Source: a virus. Taken from it: 64,000 nt of DNA. Shown here in pieces: positions 45,486 to 54,286 of this stretch. A program made the position numbers and the translations under genes. The stretch covers positions 1-64,000 of the IMG/VR virus record IMGVR_UViG_3300032308_001297; one strand, 5' to 3'. The notes beneath the pieces were generated by a model. The model was not told the DNA's origin. It saw only the letters and a program-made list of their open reading frames with translations, and made no database searches. Position 1 is the first letter of the stretch, and every line of letters starts with the position of its first letter.

Positions 45486-46244
45486 ATGCAAGAAGAATCA
45501 ACAAAAAGATTAACCCGTAGAGAAAAAAGATTACTTCGACAACAAGGAAAAGAACCAAAGGAAAATTATCAAGAGAAAATAAATTTTCATCTTAAACATT
45601 TTCATCCTCTAACAGACAATCAAAGATTGGCATTCAATTCTTTTGAGGATGATAAAAATTTGATGCTTCATGGTATTGCCGGAACAGGTAAATCCTTTAT
45701 GGCGTTATACCTTTCTTTGAAGCAAATCCTTAGTGATCCTGAATGTGTTTATAAGAAAGTTGTTATCGTAAGATCAGTGGTCCCAACGAGAGACATGGGA
45801 TTTCTTCCTGGCAGCGATAAAGAAAAAACTAAAGTATATGAAGCGCCTTACTATGCGATCTGCACTGAATTGTTTGGTAGAGGCGATTCGTACGAGTATA
45901 TGAAAAAGAGAAACGTAATTGAATTTATTTCTACTTCTTTTATTAGAGGCATTACACTTAACGATTGTATCGTTATCGTGGATGAAATGCAAAACGCTAC
46001 TCTTCATGAGCTTGACTCTGTTATTACTCGTATTGGCCACAACTGCAAAGTAGTATTCTGTGGCGACTTTAGACAGTCAGATTTTACAAGAGATCACGAA
46101 CGTAGTGGATTAACAGATTTCATGCGTGTTGTTAAAAACATGAAATCGTTTGATCTTATTGAGTTCGAAGCAAAAGATATTGTAAGATCTTCTCTGGTTA
46201 AAGAATATATTATTCTCAAAGATAAAATGAGAATCATAACATAG
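45486..46244 (+). CDS. phoH: PhoH-like ATPase
   Basis: GIAGTGKS, MGFLPG, FIRGITL, VDEMQN, ITRIG, GDFRQSD, DIVRS. Confidence 0.95.
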   Translation: MQEESTKRLTRREKRLLRQQGKEPKENYQEKINFHLKHFHPLTDNQRLAFNSFEDDKNLMLHGIAGTGKSFMALYLSLKQILSDPECVYKKVVIVRSVVPTRDMGFLPGSDKEKTKVYEAPYYAICTELFGRGDSYEYMKKRNVIEFISTSFIRGITLNDCIVIVDEMQNATLHELDSVITRIGHNCKVVFCGDFRQSDFTRDHERSGLTDFMRVVKNMKSFDLIEFEAKDIVRSSLVKEYIILKDKMRIIT

Positions 46245-46252
46245 GAGGAATT

Positions 46253-46996
46253 GTGTCAAAAGATAAAAAGAAAAGATATCGTTCAATCTTTATATCTGAT
46301 GTGCACCTTGGAACCCGTCACTCTAACGCAGAAAAGCTATTAGAATTTCTTAAATCCACTGAAGCTGATAGGTATTATCTTATCGGTGATATTATAGATG
46401 GTTGGATGATGAGAAAGAAAGTTTATTGGCCACAAGAGCACAACAATGTGGTTCAATTCTTTTTGAAACAATCTAAAAAAGATATTAAAGTTATTTACAT
46501 AACAGGAAACCATGATGAATTCCTCAGAGAATACTCAGGAACTGTCATGGGTAACATTCAGATAGTAGATAATATTATACACACTGGTGTTGATGGTAAA
46601 AGATATCTTGTTATTCATGGAGATCAGTTTGATCTTGTAACAATGAATGCTAAATGGCTTGCTATGATTGGTGGTTGGTTATATGATAGAATGATTGATT
46701 TTAATAGACATCTACAATCTATATACAATATACTGGGAATTAATGGATTTTCTCTTTCTGCTTGGGCAAAATCTAGCGTAAAAGAAGCAGTAAACTTTAT
46801 CGGCGATTACGAAAAAGTAGTTGCTGATGCTGCCAAAAGGAGATGCGTCGATGGGGTGGTTTGCGGCCATATTCATCATGCTAATATATGTTCTTTTGAT
46901 AATATTGAATACATGAACTGTGGCGATTGGGTAGAATCATGCACTGCAATCGTAGAATACGACAATGGAAAGTTTGAGATTATAAGGAAACTATAA
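46253..46996 (+). CDS. plcP: PlcP-like phospholipase C (LpxH-family metallophosphoesterase)
   Basis: RYRSIFISDVHLGT, GDIIDGW, YWPQEHN, GNHDEFLR, IHGDQFD, SLSAWAK..VKEAVNFI, CGHIH, NCGDWVESCT. Confidence 0.8.
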   Translation: MSKDKKKRYRSIFISDVHLGTRHSNAEKLLEFLKSTEADRYYLIGDIIDGWMMRKKVYWPQEHNNVVQFFLKQSKKDIKVIYITGNHDEFLREYSGTVMGNIQIVDNIIHTGVDGKRYLVIHGDQFDLVTMNAKWLAMIGGWLYDRMIDFNRHLQSIYNILGINGFSLSAWAKSSVKEAVNFIGDYEKVVADAAKRRCVDGVVCGHIHHANICSFDNIEYMNCGDWVESCTAIVEYDNGKFEIIRKL

Positions 46997-47985
46997 TGAA
47001 TATTACTATTTTTACTGATGCGTGGGATCCGCAAATCAATGGTGTTGTTACAACATTAAAAACAACTGTCAAACATCTTGAGTCCCGTGGACATGAAGTT
47101 AAAGTAATTCATCCTGGTCTTTATAAATTGACTATTCCATTACAACCATCAACTGGCATTTTCATGCCAGTTTTGCCTATGGGTATTGCTGACGAAGAAG
47201 TAAAGAATGCTGACAAGATTCACATCGCAACAGAAGGAGCAATAGGTCTTGCCGCTAGATATAGCTGTAAAAAGTACAAGAAGTCTTTTACAACTTCCTT
47301 TCACACAAAATATCCGGAATACGTTAAGATACATACTGGTATTTCACCAAGAGTTAGCGGTGAGTATTTTCGTTGGTTCCATAGAGACAGCAGTGCTGTT
47401 ATGGTTACAACCCCCAGTATGGTTGATTACTGTAAGGAGTTGGATATCAAACATCTGAAAATTTGGTCTCGTGGAGTGGATACAAATCTATTCCATCCAA
47501 TGTATCCGAAACCAAAGGGTGAATTTATTTCTGCTGTTTATTGTGGTAGAATATCTGCAGAAAAGAATCTCGAAGCATTTCTTTCTATTGATAATCCAAC
47601 GATCACCAAAACTCTTATTGGCGATGGACCGCAATTAGAAGAATACAAAGCAAAATATCCAGATGCTATATTCCTTGGTAAAATGGATGCTAAAAGAATT
47701 GCTGCAGAGTTACCTAAACATGATGTGTTTGCTTGGCCTTCGCTAACAGATACATTTGGACTTGTTGTGTTGGAAGGAATGGCTTGTGGACTACCTGTTG
47801 CTGCATTCGATAACGAAGTTAATCGTTACATTATTGAAGACTCTGTTTCTGGTTTCTTAGTAAAAGAACATTTAGAATTAGCTATTGAAGATGCTATACA
47901 TTTAAAACCAGAAGATGCAGTAGCAAGAGCAGCTAAGTTCTCTTGGGAAGCAGCAACCGATCAATTCTTGGAGAATATAGCATGA
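46996..47985 (+). CDS. agt: GT4 glycosyltransferase, Agt-like diacylglycerol glycosyltransferase
   Basis: TDAWDPQINGVV.TL, HIATEG.IGLAAR, FTTSFHTKYPEY, WFH, WSRGVD, EKNLEAFL, PSLTDTFGLVVLEGMACG; coupled to the plcP-like gene. Confidence 0.75.
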   Translation: MNITIFTDAWDPQINGVVTTLKTTVKHLESRGHEVKVIHPGLYKLTIPLQPSTGIFMPVLPMGIADEEVKNADKIHIATEGAIGLAARYSCKKYKKSFTTSFHTKYPEYVKIHTGISPRVSGEYFRWFHRDSSAVMVTTPSMVDYCKELDIKHLKIWSRGVDTNLFHPMYPKPKGEFISAVYCGRISAEKNLEAFLSIDNPTITKTLIGDGPQLEEYKAKYPDAIFLGKMDAKRIAAELPKHDVFAWPSLTDTFGLVVLEGMACGLPVAAFDNEVNRYIIEDSVSGFLVKEHLELAIEDAIHLKPEDAVARAAKFSWEAATDQFLENIA

Positions 47986-48635
47986 CAGGAAGAACATTCT
48001 TCGTTCTTGACTATTGGCCAAAACCAGAGTATGGTAAGATTTATAACTTTCATTATGTAACAGTAGATGGATCAATGCCAGATCTACAAGTAAAGTTTGT
48101 TCTTTCTGATGATAGAAAAGATATTCTTTATGTCGACTACGACGCCGAAGGTAAGTGGGTTGATACTTGGTATATGAGATACATTCCAGGTCAAGGATTA
48201 ATGGAATGGAGAGACGACTATCCTACAGGCGGATGGTTTACTAAACGTAAAAAGATTGTTATGAATCCTGGCATTGGCTGGGGAGAGACCGGAACAATTG
48301 GTAGCTTCTATCAGAACTTTCCTAAGATGGATCCATTATCTTCTAATCCTCCGCAGTTTATGTCTGGAACTCAAACTGTTATTTGGGAGTCATGGTTACC
48401 AGAAATGATCCTCAGCAACGGGGATAAGTATACTGATATTGTAACAATGGTCTACCAGCAGTCTTGGGGAAAGAAAACTTCTGGCGCTCGTTATTATATG
48501 GCGAAAGGAATTGGTCCTATCGCAGTTCAGTGGATTGCTCCTCATCCATTCAAACCAGGACAGTTTGTCACTACGGCTAGAATGGATGCGAAATATACGG
48601 TGACTTATGGCACGCAGAAAGATATTCAAACATAA
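47982..48635 (+). CDS. hypothetical protein
   Basis: 217-aa aromatic-rich ORF, ATGA overlap. Confidence 0.65.
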   Translation: MTGRTFFVLDYWPKPEYGKIYNFHYVTVDGSMPDLQVKFVLSDDRKDILYVDYDAEGKWVDTWYMRYIPGQGLMEWRDDYPTGGWFTKRKKIVMNPGIGWGETGTIGSFYQNFPKMDPLSSNPPQFMSGTQTVIWESWLPEMILSNGDKYTDIVTMVYQQSWGKKTSGARYYMAKGIGPIAVQWIAPHPFKPGQFVTTARMDAKYTVTYGTQKDIQT

Positions 48636-49269
48636 TCTAGTTCCAGAAGTAGAGATTACTACTGAAACAATTGACGGTAAAAGACACTATGTGTTACCGA
48701 GTGGAGAAAAATTTCGCTCGGTAACAACTGTATTGTCAGACGCTTTAGATAAAACAGCACTACTAGAGTGGAGAAAGAAAGTTGGTGAGGAAGAAGCTCA
48801 AAAGATTTCTACACAAGCTGCTCGTCGTGGAACCGCCGTACATTCCATCGCAGAGCGTTATGTGCTCAATGAAGAGGAATATCTTCGGGATTCTATGCCT
48901 TCTGGAATTGATTCTTTTAAAAGCATTCAAACGCTTTTAGATAAACATGTAGATAACATTCTTGGTATTGAGTTACCTTTGTATTCTACTGTTTTAAAAA
49001 CAGCAGGAAGATGCGATCTTATTGCAGAGTTTGATGGCGTTCCTTCTATAATTGATTTTAAAACAAGTCGCAGATTAAAAGAGGAAAGCTGGATTGAGTC
49101 CTACTTCCTACAAACAACTGTCTATTCTATGATGTTTGAGTATATGTATAAAATAGAAATTCCCCAGATCGCAATACTAATAGCAGTGGATCATGAAGAG
49201 CCACAACTATTTGTAAAGGATCGTGGAGAATATGTTAATAGAGTTATAGAGATCTTTACTGCCAGCTAA
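48607..49269 (+). CDS. PD-(D/E)XK exonuclease (Cas4/ExoA-like)
   Basis: SVTTVL, RGTAVH, AGRCD, IIDFKTS, YFLQ...Y. Confidence 0.9.
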   Translation: MARRKIFKHNLVPEVEITTETIDGKRHYVLPSGEKFRSVTTVLSDALDKTALLEWRKKVGEEEAQKISTQAARRGTAVHSIAERYVLNEEEYLRDSMPSGIDSFKSIQTLLDKHVDNILGIELPLYSTVLKTAGRCDLIAEFDGVPSIIDFKTSRRLKEESWIESYFLQTTVYSMMFEYMYKIEIPQIAILIAVDHEEPQLFVKDRGEYVNRVIEIFTAS

Positions 49270-49672
49270 CGCCAAACATTCCTTCTTCGTCTGTAGAGTA
49301 TACTGTTTTTTTGATACCAAAATGCTCAATGGCTTTAGAACACCCAGAGCAAGGTTCGGCCAAACCGCTAACCCAGTTTACATCTCCCTTATTAGTTTTC
49401 TTGACACGATAAACATAAAGGGTTGCATCTTTTAGATCCTCTTGTTCTACGATCCTCAATGCATTGATGATACAATCTACCTCTGCATGTTTAAAAATCG
49501 CATCGTTGTTCTTAGAAAATCTTTTCTGCAAAGGATGAGATTTATCGGAGTTAAGACCAACAGAAATTACCTCGTTACGAAGAACGAGGCAAGCAGCAAG
49601 TTTCATTCTCATATTATTGTTAATGGCAATTCGACGAACGAAAGCCATATATTTCAAATCACGTGAATTCAT
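49256..49672 (-). CDS. cytidine/dCMP deaminase-like protein
   Basis: HAE and PCSGC zinc motifs. Confidence 0.85.
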   Translation of the reverse strand: MNSRDLKYMAFVRRIAINNNMRMKLAACLVLRNEVISVGLNSDKSHPLQKRFSKNNDAIFKHAEVDCIINALRIVEQEDLKDATLYVYRVKKTNKGDVNWVSGLAEPCSGCSKAIEHFGIKKTVYSTDEEGMFGVSWQ

Positions 49673-50249
49673 CAGAGTATCCTAAATTGCGGAAGTCTCG
49701 AGCATAGATAATTCGAACTCTATCAATCAAATAAGAAGTATAGTCTTTATAATACTGTTCTTTCGAGTAAGAGCCAACATTTATTTTTGGTAAGGCTATA
49801 TTCATATCTCTCTCTAAATCTGAGATGTTTTCAAATCTATAGATCTTATCCATTTCTGTTTTACCATCTTCAAAGATATAAAAAGATTGATCATATTTAA
49901 TAAGCGGAGTTTTCTCCGTAGCCATTCCTTGTTCTATCATAGATAAAAAGTTTTTGAAAGATATGCTAGACGTATTAAATCTGCGAAAATGATGATAATA
50001 ACTATACGCTCTCGTAAAAGGATTTCTTACGACAGAGAATTTAAATGTGTCAGAAGGTATGTTATTATTCTGTTTAATTACATGGTAAGGATCATGACCG
50101 ATATGCCATGTCCTTACCCATTTATCTTTACCTATAGATTCTCTTAATGCAATCCCTGCAGTTTTAGGAATGTGCACAAAAAGAAAATTGGAGCGGGAGA
50201 TGGGAATCGAACCCACTACGAACAGCTTGGAAGGCTGACACTCTACCAA
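49659..50249 (-). CDS. sulfotransferase family 2 protein (start lies inside tRNA-Gly)
   Basis: FVHIPKTAG, VRNPFTRAYSYY, RFENI, DF..LGY. Confidence 0.75.
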   Translation of the reverse strand: MVECQPSKLFVVGSIPISRSNFLFVHIPKTAGIALRESIGKDKWVRTWHIGHDPYHVIKQNNNIPSDTFKFSVVRNPFTRAYSYYHHFRRFNTSSISFKNFLSMIEQGMATEKTPLIKYDQSFYIFEDGKTEMDKIYRFENISDLERDMNIALPKINVGSYSKEQYYKDYTSYLIDRVRIIYARDFRNLGYSDEFT

Positions 50250-50263
50250 TGAGTTACACCCGC
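50189..50263 (-). tRNA. tRNA-Gly(TCC)
   Basis: GCGGGTG acceptor, CTTCCAA loop, GGTTCGATTCCC T arm, TCCA 3' end. Confidence 0.88.
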
Positions 50264-50463
50264 AAACCCCATTTAATCTTTAACCATATTCTCTCATGAA
50301 TATAATAATCGATACTCAAAAGAATATGTAAGATTGTAGCAAATCCTGTCGACTTACCAATGTCTCCAGTAAATACGAAAGTCCAGAATATCGTAAACAA
50401 CCATGCGGTTAAACGATAACTAATCATTCTTACTACTGTACGTTTATGAGTTTCTTGTATCAT
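50254..50463 (-). CDS. DUF2061-like small membrane protein
   Basis: ETHKRT...SYR...YYIHERIWLKIKWG. Confidence 0.8.
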   Translation of the reverse strand: MIQETHKRTVVRMISYRLTAWLFTIFWTFVFTGDIGKSTGFATILHILLSIDYYIHERIWLKIKWGLRV

Positions 50464-50561
50464 TCGGATAACATGTTTATATCAGAAGCCACAAAGCCAA
50501 TGATAATTGTAATCAAAAAGAAACAAACAATCTTAATGATTGCACTTGTTTTGTGATCCAT
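50460..50561 (-). CDS. small membrane peptide (33 aa)
   Basis: MDHKTSAIIKIVCFFLITIIIGFVASDINMLSE; AAGGA SD; ATGA coupling. Confidence 0.5.
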   Translation of the reverse strand: MDHKTSAIIKIVCFFLITIIIGFVASDINMLSE

Positions 50562-50576
50562 AATCTATATCCTTTT

Positions 50577-51713
50577 CTAGATCAACATTCTAAATTTATC
50601 GTATAAATCTAGACCTTCAAAATTTACATCCAAAGAATGAGCCGTCCATATATCATGCGTGGCTGTTTTGGGGTATCTATTTTCTCTAAAAGCTCTATCA
50701 TAAAACACAGGCGATTGTATCGCCTTTCTCATACAATTTGCACCTTTTTCATGTGCCATTTTCCAGAAATCGTTTTCGAAAACAGAACCAGCAAAATAGT
50801 GCATCATAATAAGATCTTCATTTCCACTTATTCTTTGATGGTATTTAAGATTAACTTCTTCTTCTGTTTGATTATTTTCCACCCAGTATTCCCAAGCGAG
50901 TCTCTGAACGTAGTCAGTAGTATTAATAGTCGTGGCTTCTAAAGGTTCCAAGAAGAAAGAAGCATTGCCATTATATGCTACTCTACCATCAAAGTTTTTC
51001 TTTCTAATAAAACTTTTAAAAGGAAATGTAATAGTATCTTCGCTAGGAGTTAGATCGTATTCTCTGAATATATTATTACTATCTTCTTTAATCTGATCAA
51101 GAGTAGCATAATTATCGTTATACATATAACCTATGCTACATCTATTTTTCAAAGGTATACCAAAGAACCAACCATGTGGTCTTGCTTCGGTACGAGTATA
51201 ACTAAACTTTGGATAATCCCAATAACACTGAGTAACATGAACAGCGTTCACAGGAATATTCATCAAATCAATCTTTGAAAGATCTTTAGGAAACCCAGAA
51301 CAGTCAAATATATAATCAGAATCAATTTGATCGTGTAAGATATTTTGTTCTATGGTATTAATTCTTGGATCAAATCTTAGTTTTTCAAAAATATAATTCT
51401 GCAACTTAACTGCATTCACATGCCAAGCAATCATCGGCGTAGCAAAAGCATGATGAAATGTGTTCTTAGACCAATTCTTTTTAAAAATAGAATATTTAAA
51501 AGAACCGTCTACTTTATCTAGATCATAATGTTCAAACCCCAAGTTCTCATACAAACTCTTACAAACAAGAGGAGTAAGACCTTCTCCTACTGATTGTGTT
51601 TTAACATTAGGATCATAGTACCAATCTATTTCCCAATCAGTCCATTTTAGAAAGTGTGCTGCAGCAAAACAACCTGCAGTCCCTCTACCAATAATAGCTA
51701 ATTTTTTTGTCAT
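50577..51713 (-). CDS. tryptophan halogenase-like flavoprotein
   Basis: IIGRGTAG, VGEG, DCSGF, GWFFGIPL..R, GNASFFLEPLEAT. Confidence 0.85.
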   Translation of the reverse strand: MTKKLAIIGRGTAGCFAAAHFLKWTDWEIDWYYDPNVKTQSVGEGLTPLVCKSLYENLGFEHYDLDKVDGSFKYSIFKKNWSKNTFHHAFATPMIAWHVNAVKLQNYIFEKLRFDPRINTIEQNILHDQIDSDYIFDCSGFPKDLSKIDLMNIPVNAVHVTQCYWDYPKFSYTRTEARPHGWFFGIPLKNRCSIGYMYNDNYATLDQIKEDSNNIFREYDLTPSEDTITFPFKSFIRKKNFDGRVAYNGNASFFLEPLEATTINTTDYVQRLAWEYWVENNQTEEEVNLKYHQRISGNEDLIMMHYFAGSVFENDFWKMAHEKGANCMRKAIQSPVFYDRAFRENRYPKTATHDIWTAHSLDVNFEGLDLYDKFRMLI

Positions 51714-52081
51714 TGACAAACTGTAATCATATATGGATCGCCAAAGATATATCCGAAAGTATCCCAAGGATCTGGGTATGTTGTGCACACAGGACGAGGG
51801 ACAGGAACCTGTTCAATAATTACCTGTGGTGTTACTGGCATCATATAAACTTGATTAGTAACAATACCAACACCATTTGGAACATACTGCGGAGGAATAA
51901 CCTCCACAACAGGAGCAGGAGCCACGGGAACTGGAACAGGAACAGTCTTAACAACTTTCTTTACGACTGTTTTTGGACGAGTGTAATAAATCTTACAATC
52001 GTTACAGACATCGATCTCTTGACCTGCATAAGCAGGAGTAATCAAAAGACAAAGAGCAAGAGAGAGTTTCTTAATATCCAT
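51710..52081 (-). CDS. secreted Pro/Val-rich protein
   Basis: MDIKKLSLALCLLITPAYA signal peptide; four Cys in the mature part. Confidence 0.6.
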   Translation of the reverse strand: MDIKKLSLALCLLITPAYAGQEIDVCNDCKIYYTRPKTVVKKVVKTVPVPVPVAPAPVVEVIPPQYVPNGVGIVTNQVYMMPVTPQVIIEQVPVPRPVCTTYPDPWDTFGYIFGDPYMITVCQ

Positions 52082-52376
52082 AGTAGTAACCCGATGGGCC
52101 AGAGTAATACTGATAGCGAACTCCCGGATAGGGGCCATACGCATATCCTGGACCAGTCGAGTAATATGGATATGGAGCACCACGATAATATCCGCCACCA
52201 TAACCACCAGCAGCTAGTCCACCAAGTAGTCCAAGACCAAGACCGATAGCAGCACCTGCACCGTATCCACCCCAACCACCATAATATCCACCGCCCCATC
52301 CACCACGATACCAAGCATTGGCAGGAGTTGAAGCTAGAACACTGAGAATTGCTAATGCTGCTACAAATTTTTTCAT
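52071..52376 (-). CDS. secreted Gly/Tyr-rich protein
   Basis: MKKFVAALAILSVLASTPANA signal; GGWGGGYYGG; glycine-zipper GAAIGLGLGLLGGL. Confidence 0.7.
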   Translation of the reverse strand: MKKFVAALAILSVLASTPANAWYRGGWGGGYYGGWGGYGAGAAIGLGLGLLGGLAAGGYGGGYYRGAPYPYYSTGPGYAYGPYPGVRYQYYSGPSGYYYGY

Positions 52377-52445
52377 TTTTCTCTCCATAAAGAAAAGGAC
52401 TAACCTTTGGTCCTCGCGAATCTATTTCTGGCGATCAACCCAGTA

Positions 52446-52479
52446 TATTTATAATACTACACTAATCTTAATTAGTCAA
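52446..52479 (-). promoter_or_regulatory. composite sigma70-like (TTGACT-N17-TATTAT) and late (TATAAATA) promoter
   Basis: Reverse complement reads TTGACTaattaagattagtgtagTATTATAAATA. Confidence 0.6.
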
Positions 52480-53404
52480 CACTTAATTGTCTTTTTGTTT
52501 GTAAAAGATACTGTTCTCTAATTTTATCGCCGAGTTCTATATAACAGCAATCGCCACAATTTCGACCAGTAACAAGATAGTTAAGAACAGCGTTTTTGTA
52601 ATTCTCTACAGGACTTTTATTAGTAAGTTCAGAAACATCTACATCGAAGTTATGTAACAAAACCACAGCATTATAAACATAAGACATATCATTGTTATGT
52701 TTGAGTTCACTCTCTCTGAGAAATTCATAGTATTTATCAGGACGTAGCTTACCAAGACTATAAAGAACAGAATAAACGGTGCCGAGTTTATTACCCAGGT
52801 TTCCGGATTTAAAAATGTCACCCACGTCCGATACAAAACCATTGAAAGATATATCCTCTATAGAAGTTTTATCCCAAATAAAATTCCAATCATTCTTAAT
52901 CATATACTCCAGAAGGTATAAAAGTTCTCCTGGGTTTCCTTCGTCTAGATATTTTATCCTACCACAAGTATAATCAAGAACGAAATAATACTGCTGATTT
53001 TCTTTATCGTAGTTCTCTGCTTTAATAATCTCTACAGAGGACATTTCAAACTCTTCTGAGTTCTCGATGATAGAAAGTTCTTTTACTCCACAAGATCCAA
53101 TAAAGTCAGTAAACTGTGGCTGGTATTTCTCTTGGAAGATACCAACCTTTCCCTCGAAGCATCTCTTGCTTACATATGGACCCATATAGAAAACGTCTGA
53201 GAAAGAAAGAATGTTATAGCCATAAAGGTTTAATTGTGGATCATTACTAAGGAACTGACCATGATATGGAGCTCCTGCTCCTTTATAATAATACTTATCG
53301 CCTTTTGATACTCTACCATTAACGTGATGTAGATTGTCTTTAAAATCTAAGACATTAGTTTTTTCGCCATATTGATTGTAAATTGGAACAGTTGTCATAT
53401 TCAC
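52472..53404 (-). CDS. hypothetical protein
   Basis: 310-aa ORF; C-terminal CGDCC motif. Confidence 0.65.
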   Translation of the reverse strand: MNMTTVPIYNQYGEKTNVLDFKDNLHHVNGRVSKGDKYYYKGAGAPYHGQFLSNDPQLNLYGYNILSFSDVFYMGPYVSKRCFEGKVGIFQEKYQPQFTDFIGSCGVKELSIIENSEEFEMSSVEIIKAENYDKENQQYYFVLDYTCGRIKYLDEGNPGELLYLLEYMIKNDWNFIWDKTSIEDISFNGFVSDVGDIFKSGNLGNKLGTVYSVLYSLGKLRPDKYYEFLRESELKHNNDMSYVYNAVVLLHNFDVDVSELTNKSPVENYKNAVLNYLVTGRNCGDCCYIELGDKIREQYLLQTKRQLSVD

Positions 53405-53964
53405 TCGCTATAATGCAGATAAGAACTCAATAGATACTTATCGCCTTTTAATACCGGAGCACCAGCGTGAGGATACATCCAGAAAGGAGGAAACATCAAT
53501 AGATTTCCTTTGATTGCTTGGAAATGCATATTCATGTTTGTGATAATAGTATCTCCTCCATCTTCTGGAGTGTTTAGATACCAAAAGAAAATCATAAACC
53601 GTTTACCGGAAATAAGATCGTTCGAATCAATGTGTTCATCGAAACGATCTTGCCCTCCTTCGCGATAATGTTTAATTCTAAACTGTTCAAATGCGAAATT
53701 CTTTGGCCAGAATTTAGTTTCTGTAACATCCTTACGATACTTTTCGATACCATCGAACGCACGTTCAACCAAATGCTGATGGAGTTGGGGGTGTATTAAT
53801 TTATGTCTACTGAAATTTAATTGTGTCATATTGGGAAATCCACCATCATCATATCTGATATGAAGATCTGGTTTCCATTTAAACATCGCTATCAATTCAT
53901 CACAAATATCTTCTTCTAAATGATTAGAATAAGACTTACAATAATCGTGAAGAAAAGAAGACAT
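53401..53964 (-). CDS. 2OG-Fe(II) oxygenase
   Basis: FDEHID, FWYLN..DGG.T, FPPFWMYPHAG, KY. Confidence 0.9.
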   Translation of the reverse strand: MSSFLHDYCKSYSNHLEEDICDELIAMFKWKPDLHIRYDDGGFPNMTQLNFSRHKLIHPQLHQHLVERAFDGIEKYRKDVTETKFWPKNFAFEQFRIKHYREGGQDRFDEHIDSNDLISGKRFMIFFWYLNTPEDGGDTIITNMNMHFQAIKGNLLMFPPFWMYPHAGAPVLKGDKYLLSSYLHYSE

Positions 53965-53978
53965 AATATATCCTATAA

Positions 53979-54054
53979 TGGCTCCCCGAGAAGGACTCGA
54001 ACCTCCGACCCAGGCATTAACAGTGCCTTGCTCTACCGGCTGAGCTATCGGGGA
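53979..54054 (-). tRNA. tRNA-Asn(GTT)
   Basis: TCCCCGA acceptor, CTGTTAA loop, GGTTCGAGTCC T arm, GCCA 3' end. Confidence 0.95.
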
Positions 54055-54058
54055 ATAA

Positions 54059-54286
54059 TCATAATTTATCTTTAATAATTGCTGTTGAAGTTTCTCTATC
54101 TATTAGCATTTTTCCATAACAACAGATATTCCAATCATGTCCATCATATTCGCTAAATGATGGAACATTTATTTGCACATGCTTAAAAAGATATTCTTTA
54201 TCTTCTTCGAACACACGCCAAACATGTTCAGCAGTTCCTCTTCCTGACATACCTCTAGTTTTATTAAACCTTATACGGTATTTCAT
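54059..54286 (-). CDS. hypothetical protein
   Basis: YRIRFNK.RG..HVWRVFE motif. Confidence 0.65.
   Translation of the reverse strand: MKYRIRFNKTRGMSGRGTAEHVWRVFEEDKEYLFKHVQINVPSFSEYDGHDWNICCYGKMLIDRETSTAIIKDKL

Noticed and set aside
45400-46253. Pho box upstream of phoH or plcP
   Set aside because: No convincing CTGTCAT-type 11-bp direct repeat found by eye.
46253-46996. LpxH (lipid A biosynthesis)
   Set aside because: GNHD rather than GNRD, and coupling to an Agt-like GT4, fit the PlcP subfamily better; phylogeny is still needed.
48607-49269. Cas4-like gene as evidence of a CRISPR-Cas system
   Set aside because: No repeat-spacer array or other cas genes seen; this is a common solo phage exonuclease.
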